Shown here: positions 8,315 to 17,901 of the stretch, piece after piece
Position numbering within the stretch: position 1 is the first letter of the stretch
Layout: every line of letters starts with the position of its first letter
Source of the DNA: Bdellovibrionales bacterium
GTDB taxonomy: Bacteria > Bdellovibrionota > Bdellovibrionia > Bdellovibrionales > JAMPXM01
Direction: 5' to 3'
NCBI GenBank assembly: GCA_043739185.1
Contig: JAYUEN010000075.1
Location: forward strand, 1 to 57,685
DNA length: 57,685 bases
The notes under the pieces: generated by a model
Database searches by the model: none
Told to the model about the DNA's origin: nothing
Seen by the model: the letters and a program-made list of their open reading frames with translations, nothing else
Made by a program: the position numbers and the translations under genes

Positions 8315-10041
8315 GTCATTTGGTATTTGGGGCCGCCACCGCCTTCTGGGGCGGTCCAGTCGATATTGTCAAAGGGACATTTGATATCGCAACTTTTGCA
8401 ATGAATACAATTGGTATAATTGATATGTAATTTCTTTTTGTGATCCCCAGCATCGACCATTTCATAAACACTTGCCGGACAAAAATGATTGCATGGCGAA
8501 TTGTATTTAGGATGACACACATCTCGGCAAATATCGGTATTGGCGACTTGCAAATGATTCGGAGAATTTTCATCATGCATGGTACCTGTTAAATACACAC
8601 TGCTCAATTTATCAAAAAACAAAATGCCATCCGCCTTTGGAAGCTGATTGGCTGTTTCCTCTAAGCCACCAGATCCCCAAAAATCAACCAGACTTTTTGT
8701 GGTCGTATAATCCACGTGACTTGGCATATGGTCTACCAAACCTCTGCCGCCAGTAAGCTCTTGCAAAGCCAGCTGTGGGCCTGCCATCAAGAATCCTTGG
8801 CTCAAGGTCTGATGAAAATTGCGCACGCGATACAATTCTGAATGAACAAAACTTTTCTGAATTCTGGTTTCATAATCCTTCAGTTGAGTCTCAGAAAAAT
8901 CATTTTTAATTATAGCGCTGAGGGCAGTTTCAGCCGCCAACATCCCGGACTTCATTGCCAAATGAATGCCTTTTAGTTTTTGCACATCGACCATGCTGGC
9001 ACTATCACCAACCACGAGCATTCCGTTGTGATAGAGCTTCGGCATTGAAAAGAACCCTCCCGCTGGCAAAGTCTTTCCGCCGTAGGCAATAACTTTTCCG
9101 CCCTCAATCATTTCATAAATAAAGGGATGGGTTTTCAATTTCTGTAATTCACGATGTGGATCGAATAAAGGGTCTTCGGTATCCATAAAGCCGACTAGAC
9201 CAATTACGATCTGATCATTGGGATAGGTGTAAATGAAAGTTCCACCAATACTTTTCGAAAGCGGAAAGCCAAGGGTGTGAATGACTTTTCCGGGCACCAC
9301 ACTACCAGGTCGACACTGAATAACCTCTTTAACACCTTCTTCAAAGCTCTCGGGGTTTTTACCCTCACGAAGATTTAATTTCTTAGCCACATGCTTGAAC
9401 AATGAACCCCTGGTACCTTCTGCAAAAATGGTCAACTTTGCTTTGAGAAGTAAGCCTGGTTCAAAGTTTGGCTTGGGCTTTGAAAATTTATCCAATCCCT
9501 TATCGCCAGTTCTCACTCCAACTACTTTGTTCCCGTCATACAAAGCTTCAACGGCAGCAAATCCCGAAAAAATATTAATGCCACGTTGTTCGCATAATTT
9601 TCCGAGCCAGCGATTGAATTTCGATGCTGAAATTAAAAAGTTTCCTTCGTTTTTAAACGGCGGCGGCGTGATCGGCAGCTTAAATTTGAAATCAGTACCC
9701 AGATAGTAAACTGAATCCTCTTCGCAAACCGCTTCAATTGGGCAATCCATTTCGCGAAAATTAGGAACGAGCTCCCGCAAAGACACCGGATTCATGACCG
9801 CGCCTGACAAGGAATGTGCGCCAATTTCAGAGGCCTTTTCGATAACAGCTATCATTTGCTCGGGTATTGGGGCGGCTTGTATGCGGCCTTCACTCACCGC
9901 CAAATTGTGCTCCTCAACCAATTGAGAAAGTCTCAGTGCCGCAGAAAGACCTGCACTGCCACCGCCAACAATTAAAACATCGATATCCATCGTTTCACGT
10001 TGTATATCATTCGAAGTTTGAGGTGGCGCCGGATTTTCCAT
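8311..10041 (-). CDS. Electron transfer flavoprotein-ubiquinone oxidoreductase
   Basis: IVGGGSAGLSAA FAD motif, GAHSLSGA, KLKGIHLAMKSG, FCPA..Y and NCIHCKSCDIKCP Fe-S motifs, PEGGGGP end. Confidence 0.95.
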   Translation of the reverse strand: MENPAPPQTSNDIQRETMDIDVLIVGGGSAGLSAALRLSQLVEEHNLAVSEGRIQAAPIPEQMIAVIEKASEIGAHSLSGAVMNPVSLRELVPNFREMDCPIEAVCEEDSVYYLGTDFKFKLPITPPPFKNEGNFLISASKFNRWLGKLCEQRGINIFSGFAAVEALYDGNKVVGVRTGDKGLDKFSKPKPNFEPGLLLKAKLTIFAEGTRGSLFKHVAKKLNLREGKNPESFEEGVKEVIQCRPGSVVPGKVIHTLGFPLSKSIGGTFIYTYPNDQIVIGLVGFMDTEDPLFDPHRELQKLKTHPFIYEMIEGGKVIAYGGKTLPAGGFFSMPKLYHNGMLVVGDSASMVDVQKLKGIHLAMKSGMLAAETALSAIIKNDFSETQLKDYETRIQKSFVHSELYRVRNFHQTLSQGFLMAGPQLALQELTGGRGLVDHMPSHVDYTTTKSLVDFWGSGGLEETANQLPKADGILFFDKLSSVYLTGTMHDENSPNHLQVANTDICRDVCHPKYNSPCNHFCPASVYEMVDAGDHKKKLHINYTNCIHCKSCDIKCPFDNIDWTAPEGGGGPKYQMT

Positions 10042-10056
10042 ATTAATTTTCCTCTT

Positions 10057-10314
10057 CTAATCGTGATCGTCTGGCAAAATCATTTCACCAACCGCAGTAC
10101 CATCTATATTCTTTGCTGGTTGCGGAAGACTCGACTGAACCTTGATATCCTGTTCATCTCGCCCTCCTGGATACTGCTTCAACTGAGCCCGATCCGTAAT
10201 ATGAACTGCGGCAGGCTCTCTTTCAGGAGTCGCAATTTCATCTTCGGCAAATGCCGTTGAATTTTGAAAATTAGATAAGAATACTATCACCAAAAAACCA
10301 AAGATCTTTTTCAT
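10057..10314 (-). CDS. Small exported hypothetical protein
   Basis: Signal peptide ending AFA; co-oriented in operon. Confidence 0.7.
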   Translation of the reverse strand: MKKIFGFLVIVFLSNFQNSTAFAEDEIATPEREPAAVHITDRAQLKQYPGGRDEQDIKVQSSLPQPAKNIDGTAVGEMILPDDHD

Positions 10315-10320
10315 AAGTTT

Positions 10321-11181
10321 TCATTCCTTTATTACAGAGCTTAAAACTTTTCGATGCATTCTCATCGGAATTTGTTTTCTGACCTGTTCAATGCGTTCTC
10401 GCTTTAAAAGCTGTACTTTGAATTGCGGTCCCTTGTCAGTTACCTCCGAGATTATCTCTCCCCACGGCCCAACAATCAAAGAATGTCCAAAGGTATGACG
10501 CTTTTCGCCTGACTTCGACGCATGTTCCCCCCCTTGGGCAGCCGCCGCAACAAAAGCCTGGCTTTCAATTGCCCTAGCCCTTAGCAAAGTATGCCAATGC
10601 GCTTGGCCGGTTGTAACCAAAAAAGCGGATGGAATCAGAATCAAATCAACTTCGGCTTTGGCATATTTTAAATAGAGATCCGAAAATCTTAGGTCGTAAC
10701 AAATGCTCAGTCCAACTTTCCAATGATCGATCTTAACGATGGCCGCTGCTTTTCCTGAGTCGAAATAGTCAGATTCACGAACGGCTTTCTCGCCCTTAAC
10801 GTCGACATCAAATAAGTGAATTTTAGAATAGGGAAAACGAACATTGCCACCCCGATCGATCCAAACTGTGACATTCAAAAGTTTGCCGCGAGGATTTTGA
10901 AGTGCTACCGATCCAATATGAACACAGGTTTGGTACTTCTTAGCCCAAGAAGATAGCTCTCTGAAAAATAGATCCGATGCGGCAACTCCAAAATTGATCG
11001 CTCCCGTTTTGAGTCTAAAATACAATGAGTTTTCAGGGAAACTGATGAGGTCAATATGATTTTTCTTCGATTCAAATTTGCCTAAGAACTTTTTGATCTG
11101 CTTTTGATTGAATTCAATTTCATCTGTCGACTTCATTTGACAGACCGCAATCCTCAACTCATCTTTGCAAACTCGCCTCAC
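10321..11181 (-). CDS. Carbon-nitrogen hydrolase (Nit1/deaminated glutathione amidase-like)
   Basis: FPE, YSKIHLFDV, ICYDLRF, RARAIESQ motifs (E-K-C triad). Confidence 0.92.
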   Translation of the reverse strand: MRRVCKDELRIAVCQMKSTDEIEFNQKQIKKFLGKFESKKNHIDLISFPENSLYFRLKTGAINFGVAASDLFFRELSSWAKKYQTCVHIGSVALQNPRGKLLNVTVWIDRGGNVRFPYSKIHLFDVDVKGEKAVRESDYFDSGKAAAIVKIDHWKVGLSICYDLRFSDLYLKYAKAEVDLILIPSAFLVTTGQAHWHTLLRARAIESQAFVAAAAQGGEHASKSGEKRHTFGHSLIVGPWGEIISEVTDKGPQFKVQLLKRERIEQVRKQIPMRMHRKVLSSVIKE

Positions 11182-11501
11182 TGTTGAGTTGCCTCGGCAC
11201 TTGAGGTGACTTGGGCTCGCGCTACTGACTTGCAGTTATAATTCGCTGACTTTAAAATTCCACGAAGTTGCTTGAGGCGATCGTGACAGAGCTCGGGTGA
11301 CTTGGCTTGAGCTATTATCTCGTCTTTACCTTTTTTAGAGTAATGGGCGACACAGCTCTTTTCTCCATTCATAAGGATAGACAATATTCTTACGTCGTCT
11401 TGGTTCTTACAAAGAAAAAATTCAGTTGCCGCTTGGTCTTTGGCAAGACATAGCTGAGAAAGGACGACAATCAGACCAAAAACTAAAAATGATTTTTTCA
11501 T
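11178..11501 (-). CDS. Exported hypothetical protein with four Cys in mature part
   Basis: Signal peptide; 4-nt overlap with downstream gene. Confidence 0.7.
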   Translation of the reverse strand: MKKSFLVFGLIVVLSQLCLAKDQAATEFFLCKNQDDVRILSILMNGEKSCVAHYSKKGKDEIIAQAKSPELCHDRLKQLRGILKSANYNCKSVARAQVTSSAEATQQ

Positions 11502-11623
11502 TCAACCCCCACTGAAAAAACGACTGAGATATTTGACTCAGTCTAACATTGTTTTTTTCATTCTAAAATACCAGAGTATAATTTTTATGTTTCTGTCTGG
11601 TTTCAGGAGCATTTGAGCTGGTT

Positions 11624-11654
11624 AAAAAAAACCCAGATCTTTCAATCTGGGTTT
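11624..11654 (-). terminator. Intrinsic terminator after rplX
   Basis: AAACCCAGAT/ATCTGGGTTT stem with T run on minus strand. Confidence 0.8.
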
Positions 11655-11684
11655 AATAATTTTACTTAATTTTTTAACTTAGAA

Positions 11685-11945
11685 CTATGCACTCTTAGAT
11701 TTAGTTGCTTTTTTAGCCGAAGTTTTCTTCTTAGCTGCCGCTTCAACTAAAGCAACATTTGAATAATGAATATATCCTTCTGCTTTTTTAATACCATGTT
11801 CTTTAGAGTGCTTTGTCATGATTTTTACACCCTCAACTTTAACACGCATTCCTGCGGTATCGACATCCAAGACAGTGCCTTGTTTGCCTTTGTCAGAGCC
11901 TGTAATCACCTTTACGCTAGCGCCTTTGCGAATTTTGAGCTTCAT
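11685..11945 (-). CDS. rplX: 50S ribosomal protein L24 (short form)
   Basis: KIRKG..V.VITG.DKGKQG.V KOW motif, VEGV....KH, IHYSNV. Confidence 0.9.
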   Translation of the reverse strand: MKLKIRKGASVKVITGSDKGKQGTVLDVDTAGMRVKVEGVKIMTKHSKEHGIKKAEGYIHYSNVALVEAAAKKKTSAKKATKSKSA

Positions 11946-11954
11946 AAACTTCCT

Positions 11955-12245
11955 TTAAGCTTTCTTTTGCTTCATTTTAAGTCGGATATTCTTTTTTACG
12001 GCCATTGCCCGCGGAGACATCTTCTTTGGATCTAAATTCAATATGAATTGATCAAATCCACCTTGGTGCTCCATATCCTTGATAGCGCTTGTAGCAACCT
12101 TTAAAGAAACCAATTGGTTTAAAACTCGGCTAAAGAGTCTTTTTCTTTGAACATTTGAAGAAGCCGTAGACTTCGTCTTAATGTTCGAATGGCTCACTAA
12201 ATTTTTAACGACCGGACCCTTACCTGTTAACTCACAGCGTCCCAA
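11955..12245 (-). CDS. rpmB: 50S ribosomal protein L28
   Basis: MGRCELTGK...NLVSHSNIKTK; GGAGG RBS with TTG start. Confidence 0.93.
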   Translation of the reverse strand: MGRCELTGKGPVVKNLVSHSNIKTKSTASSNVQRKRLFSRVLNQLVSLKVATSAIKDMEHQGGFDQFILNLDPKKMSPRAMAVKKNIRLKMKQKKA

Positions 12246-12371
12246 TTGGACCTCCCTTTAAATCTGCCCTAATCTCTGCGAATCCGAAGTTATAGGTAAA
12301 AAGCCGCTTGTTGGCAACAGAAAAGTATAGTAACGTCCGCCCTTCTGACTTTATTGTTTGAAAGGATAAAT

Positions 12372-12644
12372 ATGCGTAAAAATGTACGCTCTAAGTACCG
12401 ACCTGAATTTTCTGGCGATTACCTCTTTGATTACAAAGATGCTCAAACTCTCTCTCGCTTCGTCAGCGAAGGCGGTAAGATCACTCCTGCTCGCATCAGC
12501 AAATTGAGCTTAGCTCAACAAAAACAAGTCGCTGGAGCCATTAAAAAAGCTCGTAATTTGTGCTTACTTCCAAATGGCGGAGCCGCTCATGATACATTTG
12601 AGCGCCCTGAAGCTATTTCACCAAAGCCATTTACTTTAGATTAA
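12372..12644 (+). CDS. rpsR: 30S ribosomal protein S18 (Cys-less form)
   Basis: DYKD...L.RFVSE.GKI.P.R....Q......AIK.AR...LLP. Confidence 0.92.
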   Translation: MRKNVRSKYRPEFSGDYLFDYKDAQTLSRFVSEGGKITPARISKLSLAQQKQVAGAIKKARNLCLLPNGGAAHDTFERPEAISPKPFTLD

Positions 12645-12677
12645 TTTTTTAGATTCTGGTTTTAAAGACTTGAAGAT

Positions 12678-12720
12678 GCCACCTGAGTTCCCAAATTTGG
12701 GCCGACTAGGTGGCTTTTTT
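12678..12720 (+). terminator. Intrinsic terminator after rpsR
   Basis: GCCACCT...AGGTGGC stem followed by TTTTTT. Confidence 0.7.
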
Positions 12721-13143
12721 ATTTCCCTGGTTGCGAACAGATTTTATCAATTGAAAAAGGGTAGCCAATAGCAGCCCCATATAGACCCACTCCGATGCCT
12801 TATGAAAATCTGGAGCTCTTAGGCCAAAAATTTGAATTTGTTCAAAATCGGTCCCAAAAAAATAAATTCGCGCTGATAGCATTGGAATCGAAATTACGAA
12901 GAGATGCACTCCTCCAATTAATGTAAAAAAAGTCTTTCTCAGATTTTGAAATCTAAAACTTGCATTGAGTACGGAGAATCCCAATAAAACAAATAGCCCG
13001 CCAGCAAAAAGAGCCGCGATTTTTTTTGGCTCTATCCATTTAAAAATAAAAGGCACCGCAACTACAATCAAAATTTCAAAAATCAAAAGCCTCTTGAGAT
13101 AGGTTTTTTCCATAGCAAATTTATAGATTCGAAATTCGGACAT
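12706..13143 (-). CDS. Hypothetical membrane protein (~4 TM)
   Basis: Four hydrophobic segments. Confidence 0.7.
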   Translation of the reverse strand: MSEFRIYKFAMEKTYLKRLLIFEILIVVAVPFIFKWIEPKKIAALFAGGLFVLLGFSVLNASFRFQNLRKTFFTLIGGVHLFVISIPMLSARIYFFGTDFEQIQIFGLRAPDFHKASEWVYMGLLLATLFQLIKSVRNQGNKKAT

Positions 13144-13180
13144 CGCAAGTTGTATTCTTTAGCTTAAATTCACTTCAAGC

Positions 13181-13196
13181 TGGCGCCGTCCTTGCT
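13181..13196 (+). promoter_or_regulatory. Putative sigma54 (-24/-12) promoter
   Basis: TGGCGC-CGTCC-TTGCT, exact GG-N10-GC spacing, 32 nt before ATG 13228. Confidence 0.7.
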
Positions 13197-13227
13197 CATT
13201 TCATTTTTAAGAAATGGAGGGACACAT

Positions 13228-13437
13228 ATGAACCACAACTTAAACTCAAGCTTAATCAATGAACTTTACAAATTTGGGCTGAATCCTCAGGATTGGAACT
13301 TAGAAAAGGATAAGAACTGCGACCATCTTTATCTCCTGGTTAATCGTAAAGATCCTGATTTTCAAATGTTAGGCTCGCTCGAATTGAGATCAGACCAGAA
13401 TATCAACTGGTCCGAAATTCAAATTTGTAATATTTGA
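13228..13437 (+). CDS. Small hypothetical protein (69 aa)
   Basis: GGAGG RBS before ATG 13228; GLNP.DW motif. Confidence 0.7.
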   Translation: MNHNLNSSLINELYKFGLNPQDWNLEKDKNCDHLYLLVNRKDPDFQMLGSLELRSDQNINWSEIQICNI

Positions 13438-13448
13438 GCTTAGTGCTT

Positions 13449-13472
13449 TCTACCGCCGCCGGCGGCGGTAGA
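13449..13472. repeat. Perfect 24-bp GC-rich palindrome between convergent genes
   Basis: TCTACCGCCGCC|GGCGGCGGTAGA. Confidence 0.85.
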
Positions 13473-13490
13473 TTTAGCTATGCAAGAGGT

Positions 13491-13961
13491 CTAATGCTTA
13501 TGACCGCCAGGTCCGTGTGCATGTCCGTGCGACATTTCTTCTTTCGTTGCAGGACGCACCTCTAAGATTTCGACGTCAAAATTAAGGTCCTGACCTGATA
13601 GCGGATGATTGCCATCGACAGTAATTTCTTTGTCAGTTACTTCTGTGACAACGACTGTTCTGGTATGCCCTTCGGCTGAATCGGCTTGAAATTGATCGCC
13701 AACTTTAACGTCTTTCTTTGGAATCTGCGCTCGGGGAACTGCGACTATCAGTTCTTCGTCGAATTCACCATATGCATCTTTTGCCGGCACAAAAACAGAT
13801 TTTTTTTCGCCTTTTTTCATTCCTTTTAAAGCAGACTCTAAGCCCTGAATGATTTGTCCTACGCCTTCAAGATAGCTCATTGGCTCATCCCCATGCGAAG
13901 ATTCTAAAACGGCTCCGGCCTCATCCTTTAGCGTATAGTGAAAGCTGACAACATTACTCAT
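13491..13961 (-). CDS. slyD: FKBP-type peptidyl-prolyl isomerase SlyD
   Basis: VVSFHYTL, GLE.AL.G, AYG, VDGNHPLSG..L.F.VE, His-rich tail. Confidence 0.93.
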   Translation of the reverse strand: MSNVVSFHYTLKDEAGAVLESSHGDEPMSYLEGVGQIIQGLESALKGMKKGEKKSVFVPAKDAYGEFDEELIVAVPRAQIPKKDVKVGDQFQADSAEGHTRTVVVTEVTDKEITVDGNHPLSGQDLNFDVEILEVRPATKEEMSHGHAHGPGGHKH

Positions 13962-14043
13962 TTTGATGCTCCTTTATTCGCAAACAATTTAGAATCATTT
14001 GAGTGACTCCGCAATTGGATTACGAATTTGCCAAGAAGTGTCG

Positions 14044-15408
14044 TTATAAAATATTCGCTGCCAACTCAGCAAGTTCGGATCTCTCACCCTTGGTCAGACT
14101 GACATGCGCTGAAATCTTCTGGCCTTTAAAGCGTTCGACTGAATAGGTGAGTCCGCTGGTTGCACTATCGACATAGGGATTATCAATTTGAAAGTAGTCG
14201 CCGGTTAAAACAACTTTGGTTCCCTGTCCCGCGCGAGTCACGATGGTTTTAATTTCATGTGGGGTCAAGTTTTGCGCCTCATCGACGATCAAATACTGAT
14301 TCGGAATACTTCGCCCCCTAATGTAGGTTAGAGGTTCAATATTCAGCATCCCTTGATTGATGAGTTCTTGGGCCCGGCCGGCCGCTTTTTTGTCAGCTCC
14401 CATTAAGAATTCGACATTGTCAAAGATTGGCTGCATCCAAGGATTTAGTTTTTGTTCGACATCTCCAGGCAAGTATCCAATGTCTCTTCCCATAGGGAAA
14501 ATCGGCCGAGAAACAAGCAGGCGCTGAAACCGTCCCTCATCTAGAGTTTTGTATAGCCCCGCAGCTAAAGCCAAAAGTGTTTTTCCAGTACCCGCCTTGC
14601 CAACAAGTGAAACAAACAGGATTTCGTCGTTCAAAAGACAATCCATTGCAAAACTTTGCTCTACATTTCGCGGGTGAATGCCCCAAATACTTTCATTGGG
14701 CCGAATGAGGGGTACAATCCCCCCGTCCTTCTCACTAAAGCGCCCAATCGCACTGTGATTTGGGTTTCCGGCTTCTTTCATGACAACGTACTCATTAGCC
14801 ATCAATTTAATTGGCAATTCTTTGAGTAATTTGGTTTCGTAAAAAGAATTGATAATGGCACTTTCAACTTCAATTTCAGCGTGCCCCGTATACATTTCTT
14901 CGGTTGAGACTTTTTCAGGCTCATAATCTTTTGCGATAATCCCGAAGACATCTGCTTTGATTCGAAGATTAATATCTTTGGTCACCAATTCTACATGAAT
15001 TTTTGGAAACTGCTTTTGCAAAGAAAGGGCCGTCATTAAAATACGATTGTCCGCCTTTTCAATGTCGAGCTCGCGTGGCATTCCAACATAAGGCATATCG
15101 CCATTTACAAAAACTTTCGTAGTTGAATTGTCCAGTTGAACACCGCTGGCCAAGGGGCCCTTTGCTCTGAGCACGTCAATGAATCTTGAAAACTGCCTGG
15201 CATTTCGACCATTTTCTCCTAGATCGCGCTTAAACCGATCGACCTCTTCGATAACTGAGATTGGAATGATAATATCGGCATCCTTAAATTTTCCGATCGC
15301 GAGTGCATCAAATAAAATGACGTTGGTATCAATAACAATTTTTCGAGTTAGCGAAACTTGACTTTTTGAAGTAGTAGGGGTGGACAAAACGAATCCTCCT
15401 TGAAACAA
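14044..15408 (-). CDS. PIN-PhoH family protein (PhoH2-like)
   Basis: IDTNV PIN motif, DNRIL, TKDINLRIKA, GKAGTGKT, RGRS, DEAQNLT; true start may be TTG 15387. Confidence 0.92.
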   Translation of the reverse strand: MFQGGFVLSTPTTSKSQVSLTRKIVIDTNVILFDALAIGKFKDADIIIPISVIEEVDRFKRDLGENGRNARQFSRFIDVLRAKGPLASGVQLDNSTTKVFVNGDMPYVGMPRELDIEKADNRILMTALSLQKQFPKIHVELVTKDINLRIKADVFGIIAKDYEPEKVSTEEMYTGHAEIEVESAIINSFYETKLLKELPIKLMANEYVVMKEAGNPNHSAIGRFSEKDGGIVPLIRPNESIWGIHPRNVEQSFAMDCLLNDEILFVSLVGKAGTGKTLLALAAGLYKTLDEGRFQRLLVSRPIFPMGRDIGYLPGDVEQKLNPWMQPIFDNVEFLMGADKKAAGRAQELINQGMLNIEPLTYIRGRSIPNQYLIVDEAQNLTPHEIKTIVTRAGQGTKVVLTGDYFQIDNPYVDSATSGLTYSVERFKGQKISAHVSLTKGERSELAELAANIL

Positions 15409-15591
15409 GTTGAACGTAGACGCGTACGCCCGACGACGCTGGTTGAGTCAAATTCATAATGAAGATGACTACTCCTCGATTGCATTACATTGCTGGGCCA
15501 ATGTACAGACCAAAATGGAGCGCAAAAAAAATAATTTTTCAGAGCTTAACTAAGATTTTTAATAGAGCGTATTCAAGGGCAGCGCAAGAAG

Positions 15592-16140
15592 TCATCTGCC
15601 AAGATTTGAAACCATGATATCGCCGTGATCAGTACGCAATGAGGCACTAACAGTTTCAATGAATTTCACAAAGTGGGCAAGTGCTTCGTTGTTAATCGTA
15701 CCGCCGACAAAGCTACAGCCATATCGGTAAGCTAAATCAGTGTCCATCAACTGGGTATGGGCGACCTTGATAACAAAAGGAAAATAAGTTTGCTTGTTTA
15801 AATAAAGCCTCATTGCAACTTCTTCACCGGATGCGATCTGTCCGAATTTCGATTCAAGATCGAAGGACATCCCAGTCGCTGAAACATCATACAGAGAAAC
15901 CTTCAATAGTCCTCGTTGAGGAACAACTATACAAGCACCTATAAATTCAGACAAAATCGTGCGCTTCACTTTTCGTCGTTCTTGTTGGATCATTTCATTT
16001 CGCCGCACGGTCATATCAACAATTGGAGCAGCTTCGGCGTCGTGAGATCTCGTCTCTCGAGGTGGATGGCTGGATTTCGAATCCGTCTTAGCTTTGGCAT
16101 CGCGCTTCGTTTTAAGATCTATAACATTGTTATTTTGCAT
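15592..16140 (-). CDS. PilZ-domain protein (putative cyclic-dinucleotide receptor)
   Basis: ERRKVKR (RxxxR) and DVSATG (DxSxxG) motifs. Confidence 0.85.
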   Translation of the reverse strand: MQNNNVIDLKTKRDAKAKTDSKSSHPPRETRSHDAEAAPIVDMTVRRNEMIQQERRKVKRTILSEFIGACIVVPQRGLLKVSLYDVSATGMSFDLESKFGQIASGEEVAMRLYLNKQTYFPFVIKVAHTQLMDTDLAYRYGCSFVGGTINNEALAHFVKFIETVSASLRTDHGDIMVSNLGR

Positions 16141-16200
16141 CCAATTTCCCCTTAATTTAAAAATTCGCTCTGCCCCAATTTGACTTTTTCTGACCTCTCT

Positions 16201-16228
16201 TTATCGGGTTAAAAACGTCACAACTTGA
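16201..16228 (-). promoter_or_regulatory. Putative sigma28 (FliA) promoter of PilZ gene
   Basis: Minus strand TCAAG-N15-CCCGATAA. Confidence 0.7.
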
Positions 16229-16274
16229 GCCATTTGTAGACAATTCTCATTTTGAGACCTATGCTTTGATCCGC

Positions 16275-17243
16275 ATGAGCCCTTATCAAATCCTTAGAAA
16301 TTGCGTTATTCTAAGCATCTTAATTCACTTTCTTTTTGGATTTTCAGCTAGCTATTTCTATCCCTATGTTCCTCCGACTCAACTGAGCCTAGTTGAACTG
16401 GTAGAGAACGCTCCGAAAAAGCAAACACCTAAAACCAAAGATACCCAGTCTTTTGTAAGACAGGCGACGCCCCCCGAGCCCCTTAAAATTAAAGAAAAAA
16501 AACCGGCACATTTTTTCTCGCAAGAAGATCAAAGCGTGATGCAAGAAATGAAGGCTGCCCAGTCCGGAATGACCGAAAACCGCTCCAATTCTGCCAGCAA
16601 TAAAATGGCAAAAGCCCAAGATGAAGAGAAAATAGAGGGAAAAAAGCCAAAGAAAGTGTCAAAAATTTCTGAGAGCGAACTTACTAAAATTCGCCCTGAA
16701 GAAAATAAATTAATGGGCGATATCGACATCAAAAGAAATGAAAAAACTTCACCGCCTCAGGATGATTCCAAACCCATGATATTCCCTCAAGTTGGCGGAT
16801 TCGGGCCACAAAGAGGATCCTCGACTCTCGGAGAAACTCTACCTCAAGACATTCGCATTGGAGAATTTACGGCTCTCAATACCGATCGCTTTACTTATTA
16901 TACTTTCTTTGCACGCATGGAAGAGGTCTTTCGCCCCAGGTGGATCAATTACGTAAAGGCTGCCGTCTATACTTATCAACAAACTCAGCGCCGAACTCGC
17001 GAAGAAGAATTTGTGACTCAAGTTGAACTGCTTTTAGATAAAAACGGCAATTTTGTTCGGGGAATTCTGCATAAAGGATCCGGAAATGAAGCCCTCGACT
17101 TAGCGCCAGTCAGAGCCTTTCGAGATGCAATTAAATTTCCGAATCCTCCCCAAGAAATGATCAAAGACGATAGTTATATTCATCTCGATTACCAATTTAC
17201 AGTTCACTTTGTACCTCAATACCTTGGTACCTCAAGTGAGTAG
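16275..17243 (+). CDS. TonB/TolA-family energy transducer
   Basis: N-terminal TM with S...H motif, Pro/Lys spacer, C-terminal SG..ALD.A..RAF....FPNPP. Confidence 0.85.
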   Translation: MSPYQILRNCVILSILIHFLFGFSASYFYPYVPPTQLSLVELVENAPKKQTPKTKDTQSFVRQATPPEPLKIKEKKPAHFFSQEDQSVMQEMKAAQSGMTENRSNSASNKMAKAQDEEKIEGKKPKKVSKISESELTKIRPEENKLMGDIDIKRNEKTSPPQDDSKPMIFPQVGGFGPQRGSSTLGETLPQDIRIGEFTALNTDRFTYYTFFARMEEVFRPRWINYVKAAVYTYQQTQRRTREEEFVTQVELLLDKNGNFVRGILHKGSGNEALDLAPVRAFRDAIKFPNPPQEMIKDDSYIHLDYQFTVHFVPQYLGTSSE

Positions 17244-17310
17244 TTGCGTGTGATCGAATTAGCTCCAGATCTAGACCCTTTGGTTTGGCGAAATTTGATA
17301 TCATGAGAGA

Positions 17311-17901
17311 ATGTATTTACGTTTCTTTCTTCTCATTTTAGTACAAATTGTTTTGGCAGTCGCTGTTTCGAGTTCTTCGTGGGCCTTCATTGAAATTGGT
17401 GGTTCTGCAAGTTATAAAAAAACCAATTTTGCTCCGGGAGCATATGACCAAGGCTCCTCTTTGACGGGATCTCTTTCTTATATTTTTGATGAGATGTCGG
17501 CATTCGAACTTAGTTATACCAACGGCGTGACCAGCCAGGTTGTGCCCACCAATATCGCAAATACAAATCACACCACAAGCGTCTATTATGAGTTGGTTGG
17601 GCTTGATCTTGTTTTTACTTTTGGCAGTGGGGATTGGACTATTCGACCCTATATAAAGGCCGGCACCGCATATCTTTTACGTAAAAGATTGGTAGATCAA
17701 ATCGATGGCTTTGCGGCTTCAATTGACGACGAACCCACCGGATTTGTTCCGAGTGCTGGTTTTGGATTCAAATTAACAATCACCAAGAATCTCTCACTCA
17801 AAGCCGGAATTGAAGCATGGACTTCGGCCCCTCTCATTGGAGGCCAAGCCAATCCCTCGTTAGATGTTTCAGCGCGCGCTGGCCTGTCATGGTTATTTTA
17901 A
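17311..17901 (+). CDS. Outer-membrane beta-barrel protein (OmpW/OmpA-like)
   Basis: Signal peptide, RPYIKAG, terminal GLSWLF. Confidence 0.8.
   Translation: MYLRFFLLILVQIVLAVAVSSSSWAFIEIGGSASYKKTNFAPGAYDQGSSLTGSLSYIFDEMSAFELSYTNGVTSQVVPTNIANTNHTTSVYYELVGLDLVFTFGSGDWTIRPYIKAGTAYLLRKRLVDQIDGFAASIDDEPTGFVPSAGFGFKLTITKNLSLKAGIEAWTSAPLIGGQANPSLDVSARAGLSWLF

Noticed and set aside
8311..8560. Cys clusters (CIHCKSC) as haem motifs
   Set aside because: They are the 4Fe-4S ligands of ETF-QO
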